In this document: piece after piece, positions 1 through 11,761 of the stretch
Numbering within the stretch: position 1 is the stretch's first letter
Layout: the number at the start of each line of letters is the position of its first letter
Source of the DNA: Macrostomum lignano
Taxonomy: Eukaryota
NCBI GenBank assembly: GCA_002269645.1
Contig: NIVC01000087.1
Location: 496,001-560,000, forward strand
Reading direction: 5' to 3'
DNA: 64,000 nt
Program-made: the position numbers and the translations under genes
The notes under the pieces: model-generated
What the model was told of the DNA's origin: nothing
Database searches by the model: none
What the model saw: only the letters and a program-made list of their open reading frames with translations

Positions 1-112
1 GAAGGCTATGCCCCTCTTATAAAATTGCCAACCTGGTTAATCTAATATTTAGCTAGTATAAATAAAAGCAAACTAAAGGTAAATAGCTAAATTGATAAAG
101 TTTGGTATTAAA

Positions 113-897
113 TAGTGTTGCCACCATGGTATTGGAAAAAAATTGCAGCTTTTAGAAAAAATTTGCTAGCACATTTATTGTCATTTATAGTCCAGTCATT
201 GTTTGCTAAGCAATAGAAATAGGCAATTTTTGTTTAATTCTATGACAAATAGCTGCACAGTTTGAAATTCGCTTACTACTTCTTTTTTTGACTTAAAATC
301 TGCACTTTCTAGTCTTTATAAAATAAGCATAGCATACTATATTGCATAGGCATATGCCTGGACCAATAAAAACAGTGGTATACTATAATAATAAAATTGT
401 CTTTATAATATTTGGCTTCATAAAAACTTAGCAGCACTTACTTTGCTTCTTTCTTGGCACCTTGGGTAGGGCAGCTCAAGTAGCTAATTATGTTTCTCTT
501 TTGCCAAACTGCATCTTCAGCAGTCTATTTTACTTCTCACTCAATAGCAGTGTGCTCAATCTCCATTCATCTTACTTCAAATCCAAAGGCTTGGACAGCA
601 ACATCTCTCTTTTTGTTGAGCTTGTTGCAGCTTGTCTAGGTCTCTTTGAACTTTTCACTCAGCTTGGATGCAACAAGCTTGAGCTTCCTTCTTCTTCTAT
701 TAATCTTGCTTGCTAATCAACTCAAACTGTTATAGTTTAGAACCTTGAGTAGCATCCAAATCTTATGCAAAGTCATAAATTTGAGTGATAGCATAGGCTT
801 TTTAAAAAAATTACAGCTAATAGGCTAATTCAACAAAAATTTTATTTAGCAAAGAAAATTTGCTCAGTGAAGAAAATTCACAGGGGTGGCAACACTG
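113..897. mobile_element. Non-autonomous hAT-like MITE (785 bp)
   Basis: 13-bp TIRs TAGTGTTGCCACC (113) and GGTGGCAACACTG (ends 897), flanked by an identical 8-bp direct repeat GTATTAAA (105-112 and 898-905). An 8-bp TSD is the hAT signature. No transposase ORF inside. Confidence 0.75.
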
Positions 898-3595
898 GTA
901 TTAAACAGTATTTATAAATATATATTGTCAATTATCAATAGTATTAAAGTCAGTGCAAAAGATAAAGCTGCTAATATTATAAGCATCCTGAGATAAACAT
1001 ATGGCGAAATCCAAAAACATGGGATAAAACGGTAAAACAAATCTGCGGACATTCGATGGAAAGTAATGTATCTAAAAAAGGTTTTTGAAAGATAGATAGG
1101 TCTTTAGAAAATAGTTCTGGATAAAAACTATTGTTTTCATGCTTTATATTGTTGAATAAATAAGAAAAAACCACAAAAAACATTTTGAAAATCCAAGTTG
1201 ACCGATTTGCAATTTTTTGTTTCACTTTTTTCATTATTAAACAATTAATTTTAAGACTTGTAGGCCTTAGAGAAGGCTAATTTTTTACTACTTACAAAAC
1301 AGAAAGTAATCTGTGTTTTACTTTTTATTCAATTCAAAAAGATAAAGTATTTCTAAGGATTTCAAAGTTTTTCTAAAACCATATAAACTTGCAAAAATTC
1401 ATACTAATATAAAGTGCAAAGTTTGCCAGCAAACATCTTTCTCTAAAAGTAAATATATTGCTAATTCCTTGTTGCAAAATAATCTTTAAGTTGTTTTCTT
1501 TCATTTAAATATCAACTTGCATAGTATTAGTATTTGTAATATGCCTATATTTAGACTTCAAAATTTTGGGCAAAAAATGGTACCACAAAATGTGAACCTG
1601 GCATCCAAATCAGATGCTTACTGTATGCTCATTAAGCAACGAAGAACAATGAAATTACACTAAAACATGTATCATCGCGGCGTGTATGCAGGAAAAAAAG
1701 AATTTTCCAAATCGCTTTAGTAGAAGCTGAGTAAAATGCAATTTTCCAATCCTTATGGGAATTTGTATGTTTAAATAATAAACTTACGTTGAATACAATT
1801 TATTGCAAATGAACTCTACAAAATACACGTTGTCAAGAGTAACAAAAGTGATAAACAAATAAACCCTTGAAAATAATGTTAAATATGTTGTAGAATTATA
1901 GAGTATAACATTATAAGATAGTTAAAGTTAATAAAATACATTATTATAGCTTTTCTATCATTTTCATTAGACTCATTTTAGGTCGTAATTAAACTTACTA
2001 TTTTAACAAATCATTTTATTAAAAATAAAGCTATACGAAAATAATTTGTGCTTTAATAGACTTTTTTACTTTTTAAAAACTTGAATAAATTTATTTTATA
2101 GCTTTATTGCTTTCAAATTGCCAAAAAACGAATTTTCATAAAACTTGCCCCCATTTTTGGATTTCCCCATATACTTACCATTTTTTCAATAGTTAGTTAC
2201 TACTCACTTTGGCAATGAGACATTTTGATAATAGATATTTAATTAAAGAAATTAAAGACATAAACATTTTTATAATTGTAATTATTATATTAGCAACAAA
2301 AAGACATTTTGATAAGAAGCCTATAATATTTATACTATAGTCCCAAATAGTCATACACATTATTTTTTTATTGTTTGACTATTTTTTGCTTTGCATACTA
2401 TATATGGGATAGGAAGATTAGATCAAACCTATAATATATTCACTAGCAAACTAAGGGGGAGATATGATAGAAAATAAAAGATACTGCAAAGCTAAGAAAG
2501 TCCAATGAGATATTTAACTTAATTTTGAATAGATAATAGCATATAAACAAAGAACTATATATTTATCATGTTTATCAAAATGCTTATAGCTTGTATTAGG
2601 GCCTATACTAGGCTTAACTATAATAATTTCTTTTTTAATAGTAATAAAAATACTATATGCATTTTAATATTATTATGAAAAAGGCCTACTCACTTCAAAA
2701 CTAAAAAATATCATATCATATTTCAATGCAACTATGTGGCATACTACCAATGGTTCACATTGGATCATTTATTGGTATTGGTTAATAGTAAAACATAAAA
2801 GTTTTCTATATAAATAGTAGGTCTACATAGTCCTCGTTTAAATCAATTCAGTTTGGCCAGTATAAAGAAGGCAATGAACTATTGTAACACTTCCCCTAAT
2901 ACTATCTTATCTATATTAGGCCTATTTTAATTAGAAAATGGTGGTTGTTAGAAGGAATATATTATAACTATATCATAAGCTGGGTTATGGATGACATGCT
3001 AACACAAAAATCGAGATATAGAAATAAGTAGGCCTTATTTATGGCATAAACCATAAGTATGGCTCTACATAATATGAAATGAAGCATAAATCATAATCAT
3101 ATATATATATAAACTTATTCGGCTTATCGATAAAAATGGGCTGTCTCGATTTCCCCAGGTGATTTTTTGTATCAGTATGCATCTGCATCATGAAAGCACA
3201 AAAACTTATTAGCATTTATGAATATCAGCATTGGCATTATCAGCAATTAATAAGCACATCATATTACCAGGAAGACTTTTTCTTTTTAGTAGTAGTAGAA
3301 TTAATAATTAGCTAAGGAAAGACAGCTTTGATAGGCCAATAAATACGAAAAACTGATTATTTTATTTACTGAATATTTGCAATTTATGTCACGTAAACGA
3401 ATTCATTATCTATGAAATCATTAAATTTAAGTTTGCGCGAATTTAAACACTTGTGTATAAAAAATCAAGTGCAATGAATGCAAAAAAAAAATAAAGTTGA
3501 AGCGCGGAAATAAGATTTAGTAATCAGAAAAGAAGTTTAGTATAATTTAATTAGTCGATGTAAAATGCAATGTAAGAAGTAAGTGGGAGCACGAG

Positions 3596-4130
3596 AATTG
3601 TCCGCCGAGCTTTACCCGCCGAGATTTGCCCGCCGAGAATCACCCGCCAAGATTTGCCCGCAGTGCATTTTTCCCGCGAGTGAATTGCCCGCCGATTTTT
3701 TTTCCGCCGAGGTTTGCTGCAATGCTTTTTTACAGCAGCACATTTAGTCTGATTTTGTCTGATTTTGTCTGATTTTGTCCCCCCCCCCAATGCTTAGTAA
3801 GTCTCAATAAAGAGACTTGAGGGACAAAGCTACACGGCATACACATGAATTAATAGCTCGCCGATATACCCCTACATGTATATTGAACTGAATACCTACA
3901 AGAAAAATGCATCTGATATGCTGAATTACTACCAAAACACTTTGATCGGGTAAATCTCTTTATTAAGACAATTACTAAGCGTTAATAGGGGAATAATGCA
4001 GACAAAATCTGCCGCGTGGCTAAATGCGATGCAGGAAAAAAACATTGCAGGCAAACCTCGGCGGGAAAAACTCGGCGGGCGAATCTCGACGGGCGAATTT
4101 CGACGGGCATGGACCCAAAAAGACGTGTAG
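3596..4130. mobile_element. Foldback/MITE-like element with inverted arms built from CCCGCCGAG-type subrepeats
   Basis: About 3640-3780 (TTCCGCCGAGGTTTGCTGCAATG...CATTTAG...GATTTTGTCTG) is an imperfect reverse complement of about 3995-4125. Both arms carry tandem ~13-bp subrepeats. Termini and TSD not resolved. Confidence 0.5.
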
Positions 4131-4409
4131 AACTGCATCGTTTGGAAATCGCTGCTTTTGTATTTGTTGCGCAAATATTTGGAAATCCAGTCCAAGTTCA
4201 ACGCATGTGTAGTGCAAAGTTGCACAAAGAATACAATTTATATATGCATCAATATTATTTTGACGCAGTCATAAATAAATCGAACAGAAACTACATCGTT
4301 GATAATTTTAACATTCATGGAATGAATCAATAACAGATTAATGGAGAATCAAGTCCGATTTCATTAAATTTTGCCATAGAAAAATCAAATATATGAGAGA
4401 GAATCGCCA

Positions 4410-6236
4410 CTAGTAGATGCGGCCATCGATGTACATGACATCGTTTCTTCGCTCCAGATACTTTGACTCATCATCTGCTTCGTCGTCCTCTTCAAACTGC
4501 AGGGCTCGCCACCAGTTGGTGTCGGTACACTGCAAGCGCCGCATCTCCAGCCTGTGCCGACTCTGAGCGTGGATTTGCGCCGGTGTTGAATTGCTAGTGA
4601 ACTTGTACACGTCGCTTTCCAATGCTTCCTCAAGCTTGGGCGCCGACATCAGCAGCTGCGCGTCGGTTTCCAAGCGGCTCAGCAGGGCTTCTCGCTCCAG
4701 ATCTTCCTTCGGCGCCCGAAGAGAGTTCACAATGAATTCGTGCATCATGGCCTGGGAACTCCGATACTGACTGGTGAGCTCTTCCCTGTTTCTTTCCTTT
4801 GGCTTTGATATGTACTGCTGTCTCTGTATTGAATCCATGATCTCGGTTCTAGTCTCGTCCGAAATTGGCGCGATGCGTTTCAGCTTTTCCATCATTCTCT
4901 CGTACTGGATGGCCCGCAGCCAGCGCCTTACAGCCCGCTGGATTGTGACTGTAGCCCTGACAACTTTGGCCATGTTCTTTCTCTCTTCTAGTTTGCCACG
5001 CTCTCGCCAAGACTTGTACCGCGCCTGGATCCTAATGGCAGCCTCTTCTTGCTGCTTCTGCACATGGGTGCGCACCGTGCTGGCTGGCAGTGTGCTCATC
5101 AGCTTCACCTCCATCTCTCGCTTCTCTGCCAGCAGCTTCCGGCGACGGATGGCCACCTCATACTCCAGCTCCCGCCGCATCCGCGTCGTTTCACTCTGCT
5201 CTTTGCGCGCTTGCTGCCGCTGGCGAAACTTGCGCTGAAACTTCGCCAGCGATTTGTTGGCCTTCTTCAGCTCTCGCCTCACCTTGAAGCTGCGCCAATA
5301 CGACTGGATCATCGTTGCCGCCCTAATCTTCAGCTCCATAGTGGCCCGGTCTCCAGATTTAGCGTCGAGCAGTCGAACGAAGTCCTGAAGCTCCCGACCG
5401 AATGTGACCTGCCCAGTCCACTTAGTGAGCAGCAGGCGGAGTCCGCTGTACTTCATTATCAAAGCTTCGAGCGAGTCGGGATAGTTGCGCACAATTGCCA
5501 GCAAGGTGCGGATTGTCTCACCAGCCAGCTCTGCCGAGTCTCCGGTTGCCAAATCGTAAATCATTTCTTCCATCAGCGAATCGAACAGCGCCTTGTCCAT
5601 TGTCCGGCACAAGTCCGCTTGATAGGAGATGCAGGAACGCAGCAGCTTCAGCGTGCTAACTGGTGTCTCCGGGTCGTCTGTTACGAAAATCTGCAGAAAC
5701 CAGGGCGAATGAATAGTGTGACTAATCATCGTCCGCTTTTGGCGCAGGTAGTTGACCAAGAAACTTATCACCCTGTCATAGCACTGAAGTAGTTTGTCCG
5801 AGCTCATCTCGGAGTAAAGCTTCTTCTCTACTGCTTCACAATAGCAGTTTTGAAGGCGCTTTGCAAGCACAAGCATATTTTCGCAGAACTGAGGCACTAG
5901 TTTTTTCTCAAACGTCTCTTCCGGGTCCTCAGCTTTAGTGACGTAAATATTCACCATCAGTCTGTAAGCCAACTCGGCAAGCTTTACACCTGTCTCCCAT
6001 GTACCGACGACATTCGAGAAATCTCTCCGCATGGCCATGAGCAGCAGCGGTAGAAGATCAAAGCTCCAGATGTCTTGCTTCACGGCAGCAGCCGCAGCGG
6101 TGCCAGCAGTGGCGTTATTCAAAATGTTCTCCATTCTCAGCAGTAGCTTTGGAATCCGCCGCTCATCTTTGGTGTTCCCAATGTCCATAGCCAGCTTCTC
6201 GATTTCCGAAACTTTCGAAGTCATGGCTGATGCCAT
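4410..6236 (-). CDS. IQCB1: IQ calmodulin-binding motif-containing protein 1 (nephrocystin-5), intronless, about 608 aa from the first ATG
   Basis: The 620-aa ORF begins at a non-ATG codon; the first ATG is at 6236 (MASAMTSK). The N-terminal block KQDIWSFDLL...RDFSNVVGTWETGVKL resembles human IQCB1 KQDIYCYDLI...QDYSRIQGGW. It has IQ motifs (AATMIQSYWRSFKVRR, AAIRIQARYKSWRER, ATVTIQRAVRRW), a coiled coil and the C-terminal WW motif. Confidence 0.88.
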   Translation of the reverse strand: MASAMTSKVSEIEKLAMDIGNTKDERRIPKLLLRMENILNNATAGTAAAAAVKQDIWSFDLLPLLLMAMRRDFSNVVGTWETGVKLAELAYRLMVNIYVTKAEDPEETFEKKLVPQFCENMLVLAKRLQNCYCEAVEKKLYSEMSSDKLLQCYDRVISFLVNYLRQKRTMISHTIHSPWFLQIFVTDDPETPVSTLKLLRSCISYQADLCRTMDKALFDSLMEEMIYDLATGDSAELAGETIRTLLAIVRNYPDSLEALIMKYSGLRLLLTKWTGQVTFGRELQDFVRLLDAKSGDRATMELKIRAATMIQSYWRSFKVRRELKKANKSLAKFQRKFRQRQQARKEQSETTRMRRELEYEVAIRRRKLLAEKREMEVKLMSTLPASTVRTHVQKQQEEAAIRIQARYKSWRERGKLEERKNMAKVVRATVTIQRAVRRWLRAIQYERMMEKLKRIAPISDETRTEIMDSIQRQQYISKPKERNREELTSQYRSSQAMMHEFIVNSLRAPKEDLEREALLSRLETDAQLLMSAPKLEEALESDVYKFTSNSTPAQIHAQSRHRLEMRRLQCTDTNWWRALQFEEDDEADDESKYLERRNDVMYIDGRIY

Positions 6237-6571
6237 GCTTGACAGTGAGCGTAGATTTGCTGACAGCGGCAAAAGTCTTCGGAAAGATCAGGTGTAAGTG
6301 TGTTGGATGCCTGACTAAGAGAAGGAAGGGTTTAGTCAGAGCAGTCCTCTTTTTAGCCCTCTCTTTACCTTGCGGGGCGGGTGAATGAATGCACATGAGC
6401 GACTTCCACTTGCGTACAGTCGTGGCTCACCTCTCTTCTCTTACACTGGCGCGTATCTTTCTCTCCGCGCTGTCCTGTTCACTGGCTCATTCTCTTTTCC
6501 TGTGCGGCTCTTTCCCTTACCCGCACGTACACTTAAGTCTTCTCAAACTGTCGCCCCTCTTCTCTCATCTC

Positions 6572-6603
6572 GTTACCAAGGCTACCGCAGCTTCAATGGC
6601 AAC
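6572..6603. promoter_or_regulatory. Two adjacent RFX X-box-like motifs in the 464-bp divergent promoter of IQCB1 and DRC7
   Basis: GTTACC-AA-GGCTAC (6572-6585) and GCTTCA-AT-GGCAAC (6590-6603) resemble the X-box consensus GTHNYY-AT-RRNAAC. They lie between two ciliary genes. This is a motif match only. Confidence 0.55.
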
Positions 6604-6700
6604 ACTGCATATAGAGCAAAGCAATCTGCTCTAGCGGCAAGTTCAAATTCAAATTTTGTGGCGAATTTTGTGCCAACGGAAAAGCGCACTAAAGAAGAAA

Positions 6701-9610
6701 ATGACAAAAGAGTCCGGCTCTCCGATAGACGAAGAGAAGCCAAGGACGCCGGGCTCCAGACAGGGGTCGGCTAAATCTGGAAAGAGCGCCCGAAGCGAAG
6801 GTGCTCGCAGCGACAAGTCCGCAGCGAAGAGCGACCGATCTGCTGGGGCAAAAAGCGACAAGTCTGCGGCCGCAAAGAGCGTCAAGTCCGCGCCCAGGTC
6901 AACTAGGTCCGCCAAGTCGCCCAAGGAATCAGCTGAAGGTCAGCGCGAAGAAGAGGCGCGCTCTCCGGGCGCTCCAGCAGCTGAGGACGAGACCAAGGAG
7001 CTACATGAGCCACCAGAAGATGAAGATGCAGGAGCTGAGAGGGCTGAAGGATCTGAGGACAGGCATCAGCATGAAGCGGAAGGAGGCCTGGAGGCTATCG
7101 ACGAGGAGGCCATTCGCGATGAAGTCGAAGCTCTGAACAAAGAGTTGGACAACATTCAGATCAGTGTGCCTACCTTCAATGAGTTTGTTCAGCACGAAAC
7201 AGAGTTTCGGTTCAAAGAGTTTCCAGTAAGTTATCACGAGAACACTGTCACTGAGGACATTGTTCTGTCGTATGCCGCCAATTTCCGCCGTCAGTACTCT
7301 CACCTCGAGAAAGATCGTAAGCCGCTATTTCTAAACCCCCTAAATGAATGCAACGTTGAGAAGTTCGTCTGCACAACGCTGAATCCCACAAAGTTGCCGT
7401 ATAGAGAACTGTACGATTGGCACGGAGCGGCGAGCTTCGTAGCAGACTATCTCAATTACGTACTGCTAGACCCACCGACTGAACTGCCGGAGCGAATGTT
7501 TTCTCCGGCCACAACGCTGGAGATTCAAAAAGGGCACTGCTTTGAGTACTCGCAGTTGCTCTGCTCTCTGCTTCTCGGCTGCGGCTACGATGCCTACGTG
7601 GTTAGTGGCTACGCTACCAGAGAGATCTGCATGATGGACGAATCGCGCGACACTTGCCCAGAGCTGCAGAAAAAGGAGGAAGCTAAGCGCGAAGACACGG
7701 CAGTTGAGCAGAAAAAGTACACAGTGAAACCGCCGAAGGACTTGCGTAGTCAGTTTATACTCAACATGGAGGCTCGCAAAGTGAGGGAAGAGCAGGAGCG
7801 CGAAGAGGAGCGGAGAAAGGAAGCGGTTCGTCGTGAGCTTGAAGCGGAGCGGCCAGCCAATGACCCACTGTACGGTCTGCGAGTTCATTCTTGGGTTCTC
7901 GTGCTTGCTGGAAAGCGCGAAGTACCCGAGGGCTTCTTCATCGAGCCACTCACTGGCGTGGCCAGGCCACTGGTCAACGATGACTACTGCGGCATCGAGA
8001 GCCTCTGGAATCACAAGAACTACTACGTCAATATGCAAAGCTGCCGTGAAGGAGTGCGGAAGCTTAGCTACGACCTTGGCGACTGTACACTGTGGGAGTT
8101 CATGTTTCCCAGCAACGAAAAGCCGCTTTACCTGCTGCCTGAGGTCAAGGAGAATCGCGACGATGAGGAAGGCGACGAAGACAATGAAAGGGCTGAAGAC
8201 ATTGAGAGGCACTTGGACATGCCAAAGACTTGGACAAAGCCAATCGTCCTGTCGCGGCGAGATTTCGAGACCCGATGCCCGCATGGAAAGAAAACTAAAC
8301 TCTACAAGAAGGCAAAGCTGGAGAAGTTCGCACCGTACTTACTTCGAGACGGCATGGTGCTGCGGCTATCAATTTACACGGACAGAACGCTTTCTGACCT
8401 TGTTGAGGTCCGGGAGCACTTTGAGAACCGGGTGGATAAGCTGACCTTGCGCGTCAGGGATGTGGCCAGCGGCAAGGTAACTGAACACTTTGCCAAAGGA
8501 CGAATGGAAAGGCTGCATGAGCACCAGTACTTCGAGGCCATGCCAGGTCCGGAAACCGAGCGGGTCATGTTTTTCTACAATGAGGCTCGCGTGGACTGCC
8601 TGGCTCGCAGAGAGGAATGGCCTCTGGAGATGAAGGAGTACTTCGTCAATCGTCCTGATCGGCTGTACTTTCGACACACGGTATTTTCGAAGCGCGTGAA
8701 AAAGTTTGCTCCCCAAAGCGCCCCCGGTGAACACGAGGTGCGTCCGATCAGCAGAATCGAGGAGAAGTTCGCTCGCAATCCGAATGTCCCGGCCAACGAG
8801 GATGTTGCTGAGCGAATGTTCGTACTGACAGAGGACCGCATTCAGCTGGTGTACCATACCGACTCCAGCAAGATCGCGGCCAGCACTCGCGAGTATATAA
8901 AGCCACCAAATGCTGACGAGAAAGGCACCGTGATTGTTCTACCGCCAGATAATCACAGCACCTTTCAGGTGGACCCGAATAGGTCAAGCAAAAAGGAAGT
9001 TGAAGTCTACCAGCTCATGCTGGACCTTATCGCGATCGAGGAGAAAACCAAGGAGCGCGTACGGGCCTCGGAGAAAGAGTCTCTCGATATTCTCAATGCC
9101 CGATCGCGGGAGGAGGCCGACGCGGAGATGGAAATCAGCCTGTACGACACGGAGAGGAACGAGAAGGCGAAGAAGCACCGCGAAGAGCTGGAGCGCCAGC
9201 GCCAGGAGGAACTGATGCGCAACCGCGAGCTGGAACTGGACTACTTGGCGCCGTTCCTTGCTCAGCTGGGCGAGCCAACCAAGATCACCAAAGAGATCGC
9301 GTTCGAGCTGCGCAAGGTCTGTCTGGAGGACTTCAAGCACCGCCTTATTGACAAGGCCAATCTCATCCAGAGCCGCTTCGAGAGGCAGAGCGCGGACCTG
9401 CAGAAGAAGCAGAGCTGGTACCAGCAGAATCAAGTTAACATGTCGAAGAACGATGAAGAGGAGTACCTGAAGTACTGCAGCGAGGCTATGTTCAAAATTC
9501 AGATCCTTGAGGAGATGCTGCAGCGACACAAGAATATGGCGCCGCACAAATTCCAAGCGCTGGAACTGAAGCTGCGGACCGATCCCAGGCTGCAGGAGTT
9601 CTTGAATTAG
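6701..9610 (+). CDS. DRC7: Dynein regulatory complex subunit 7 (CCDC135), intronless, about 969 aa
   Basis: 984-aa ORF; first ATG at 6701 (MTKESGSP). Contains FLNPLNECNVEKFVCTTL, a transglutaminase-like core (GHCFEYSQLLCSLLLGCGYDAYVVSGYA), RVHSWVLVLAGKREVPE...FIEP, GIESLWNHKNYYVNMQ and a C-terminal coiled coil ending DPRL. Confidence 0.93.
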   Translation: MTKESGSPIDEEKPRTPGSRQGSAKSGKSARSEGARSDKSAAKSDRSAGAKSDKSAAAKSVKSAPRSTRSAKSPKESAEGQREEEARSPGAPAAEDETKELHEPPEDEDAGAERAEGSEDRHQHEAEGGLEAIDEEAIRDEVEALNKELDNIQISVPTFNEFVQHETEFRFKEFPVSYHENTVTEDIVLSYAANFRRQYSHLEKDRKPLFLNPLNECNVEKFVCTTLNPTKLPYRELYDWHGAASFVADYLNYVLLDPPTELPERMFSPATTLEIQKGHCFEYSQLLCSLLLGCGYDAYVVSGYATREICMMDESRDTCPELQKKEEAKREDTAVEQKKYTVKPPKDLRSQFILNMEARKVREEQEREEERRKEAVRRELEAERPANDPLYGLRVHSWVLVLAGKREVPEGFFIEPLTGVARPLVNDDYCGIESLWNHKNYYVNMQSCREGVRKLSYDLGDCTLWEFMFPSNEKPLYLLPEVKENRDDEEGDEDNERAEDIERHLDMPKTWTKPIVLSRRDFETRCPHGKKTKLYKKAKLEKFAPYLLRDGMVLRLSIYTDRTLSDLVEVREHFENRVDKLTLRVRDVASGKVTEHFAKGRMERLHEHQYFEAMPGPETERVMFFYNEARVDCLARREEWPLEMKEYFVNRPDRLYFRHTVFSKRVKKFAPQSAPGEHEVRPISRIEEKFARNPNVPANEDVAERMFVLTEDRIQLVYHTDSSKIAASTREYIKPPNADEKGTVIVLPPDNHSTFQVDPNRSSKKEVEVYQLMLDLIAIEEKTKERVRASEKESLDILNARSREEADAEMEISLYDTERNEKAKKHREELERQRQEELMRNRELELDYLAPFLAQLGEPTKITKEIAFELRKVCLEDFKHRLIDKANLIQSRFERQSADLQKKQSWYQQNQVNMSKNDEEEYLKYCSEAMFKIQILEEMLQRHKNMAPHKFQALELKLRTDPRLQEFLN

Positions 9611-10250
9611 ACACAAACTGGCTTAACACTTGATGTTGCTGATGGAACTTTCTGGGACACACTGTCTTTTTTTAATTATTTCGTGTCATCAATTTCTCTA
9701 GCATATGTGCCCTTTGCTACTTATAAAAGTAGCTAGTGTACTTCGTATTTTTTTACAGTTTCCGTCTAAAATCTTCATATATTTTAAATAAGGAATGTAA
9801 GAATTGATGCTCGGAAGTGAACTGATCGACTATTATTAAATTTTTGTTTTCATAACTATTCTGTCAAAATATTTAAATAAAAATACTGAAAAAATCCAAT
9901 GTTTTACAAGCGTCCGCTTTAATTAAGAATTAAATCTTGCAGTCTTTCAACTTGCAGATAAATGCAGATCTTAGCTAAAGAAAAAGATCGCAACACTTGT
10001 TGTAAAGATACTGCAGGACTGCATGTACTTTTAAATTTTCGCTGATAAAAAATGAAATGCAACACGACAGAGGAGTTAAAATGCTTTGAACAAACCACTT
10101 CTTCAATTAGATATCAAAATTTTGCCAGAATTACAGCACGATTGTAAAATTCGTTTTTATTGAATGCCCAAAAAGTGTTACTATAAAATTAGGGCATAAA
10201 AGAGACTAACTGCTTGGCTTTTAACGGAATTAGCTTGGACCACGGGACTT

Positions 10251-10962
<712 letters not shown>

Positions 10963-11761
10963 ATCCATCCATTTACCTTCATAATATTTATAGTTTTCTT
11001 GATATACTCGTATAAACAGCGAAACCCATTCTGGCATAAATTATACACGAAGTAACGCAGTGGGATTTCGCTTTACAATAAATCAGGCACCCAATGTCCC
11101 TCGTGAATTCAGAAGCGCCCCCGCAGAAGCAGTTGCCGTAGTCGGGCCGAGATGCGCTTGATTCAAAAGTCGTAAAACTCTCTGGCAAACAGCAGTCGTC
11201 TTCAAAACAAAACCCGGCTAAGAAACCAGGGGGAAAGGCAAGAGATAAGCTTGAAAAAAGCAAATAGACAAGAAAGAGAAGAGAGAAACGAGACTAAACT
11301 ACGCCGGCACTCGAAACTCGCGCAGCTGCCGCCCAGATGAGATTCCGGATGAAGGGACGCTGAGGCTGAAGCCTCTCACATGGGCTTTGGCGGTCTGTTT
11401 TTTCTCCCTGAGAAGGACGGAAGGAAGGAAGGAAAGCATTTGGAATCCCGCATTCGTCTCCTGGATAGAGAGAAAAATGCTCTCGAGAATACGGCGCCAA
11501 ACGGCGTCATGGGATCTTCTGCAAACTTCTAAACGCCCTACGTATTTCCCCATATTGAGCTTCACTATTCCTCTTTTAACACATATCGTCTTTTTTCTCC
11601 CGCCCGATTCCCGTTTAGCCAGGGTCCGGATTGGCTGCCGGCCATGCCAGCAGGTCTCACGAGCCAGTAAATATAAGAATAGAAGGAGCGCCAATGGCCT
11701 GCACTTCTAGATCAAAGAGCTGCTTGAGTTCAGACTCAACCCACCAGTATTCCCAGCAGCA

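Noticed and set aside
6649-9616. Antisense and alternate-frame ORFs over DRC7, IQCB1 and the nucleoporin
   Set aside because: Shadow ORFs of GC-rich coding sequence with no recognisable motifs.
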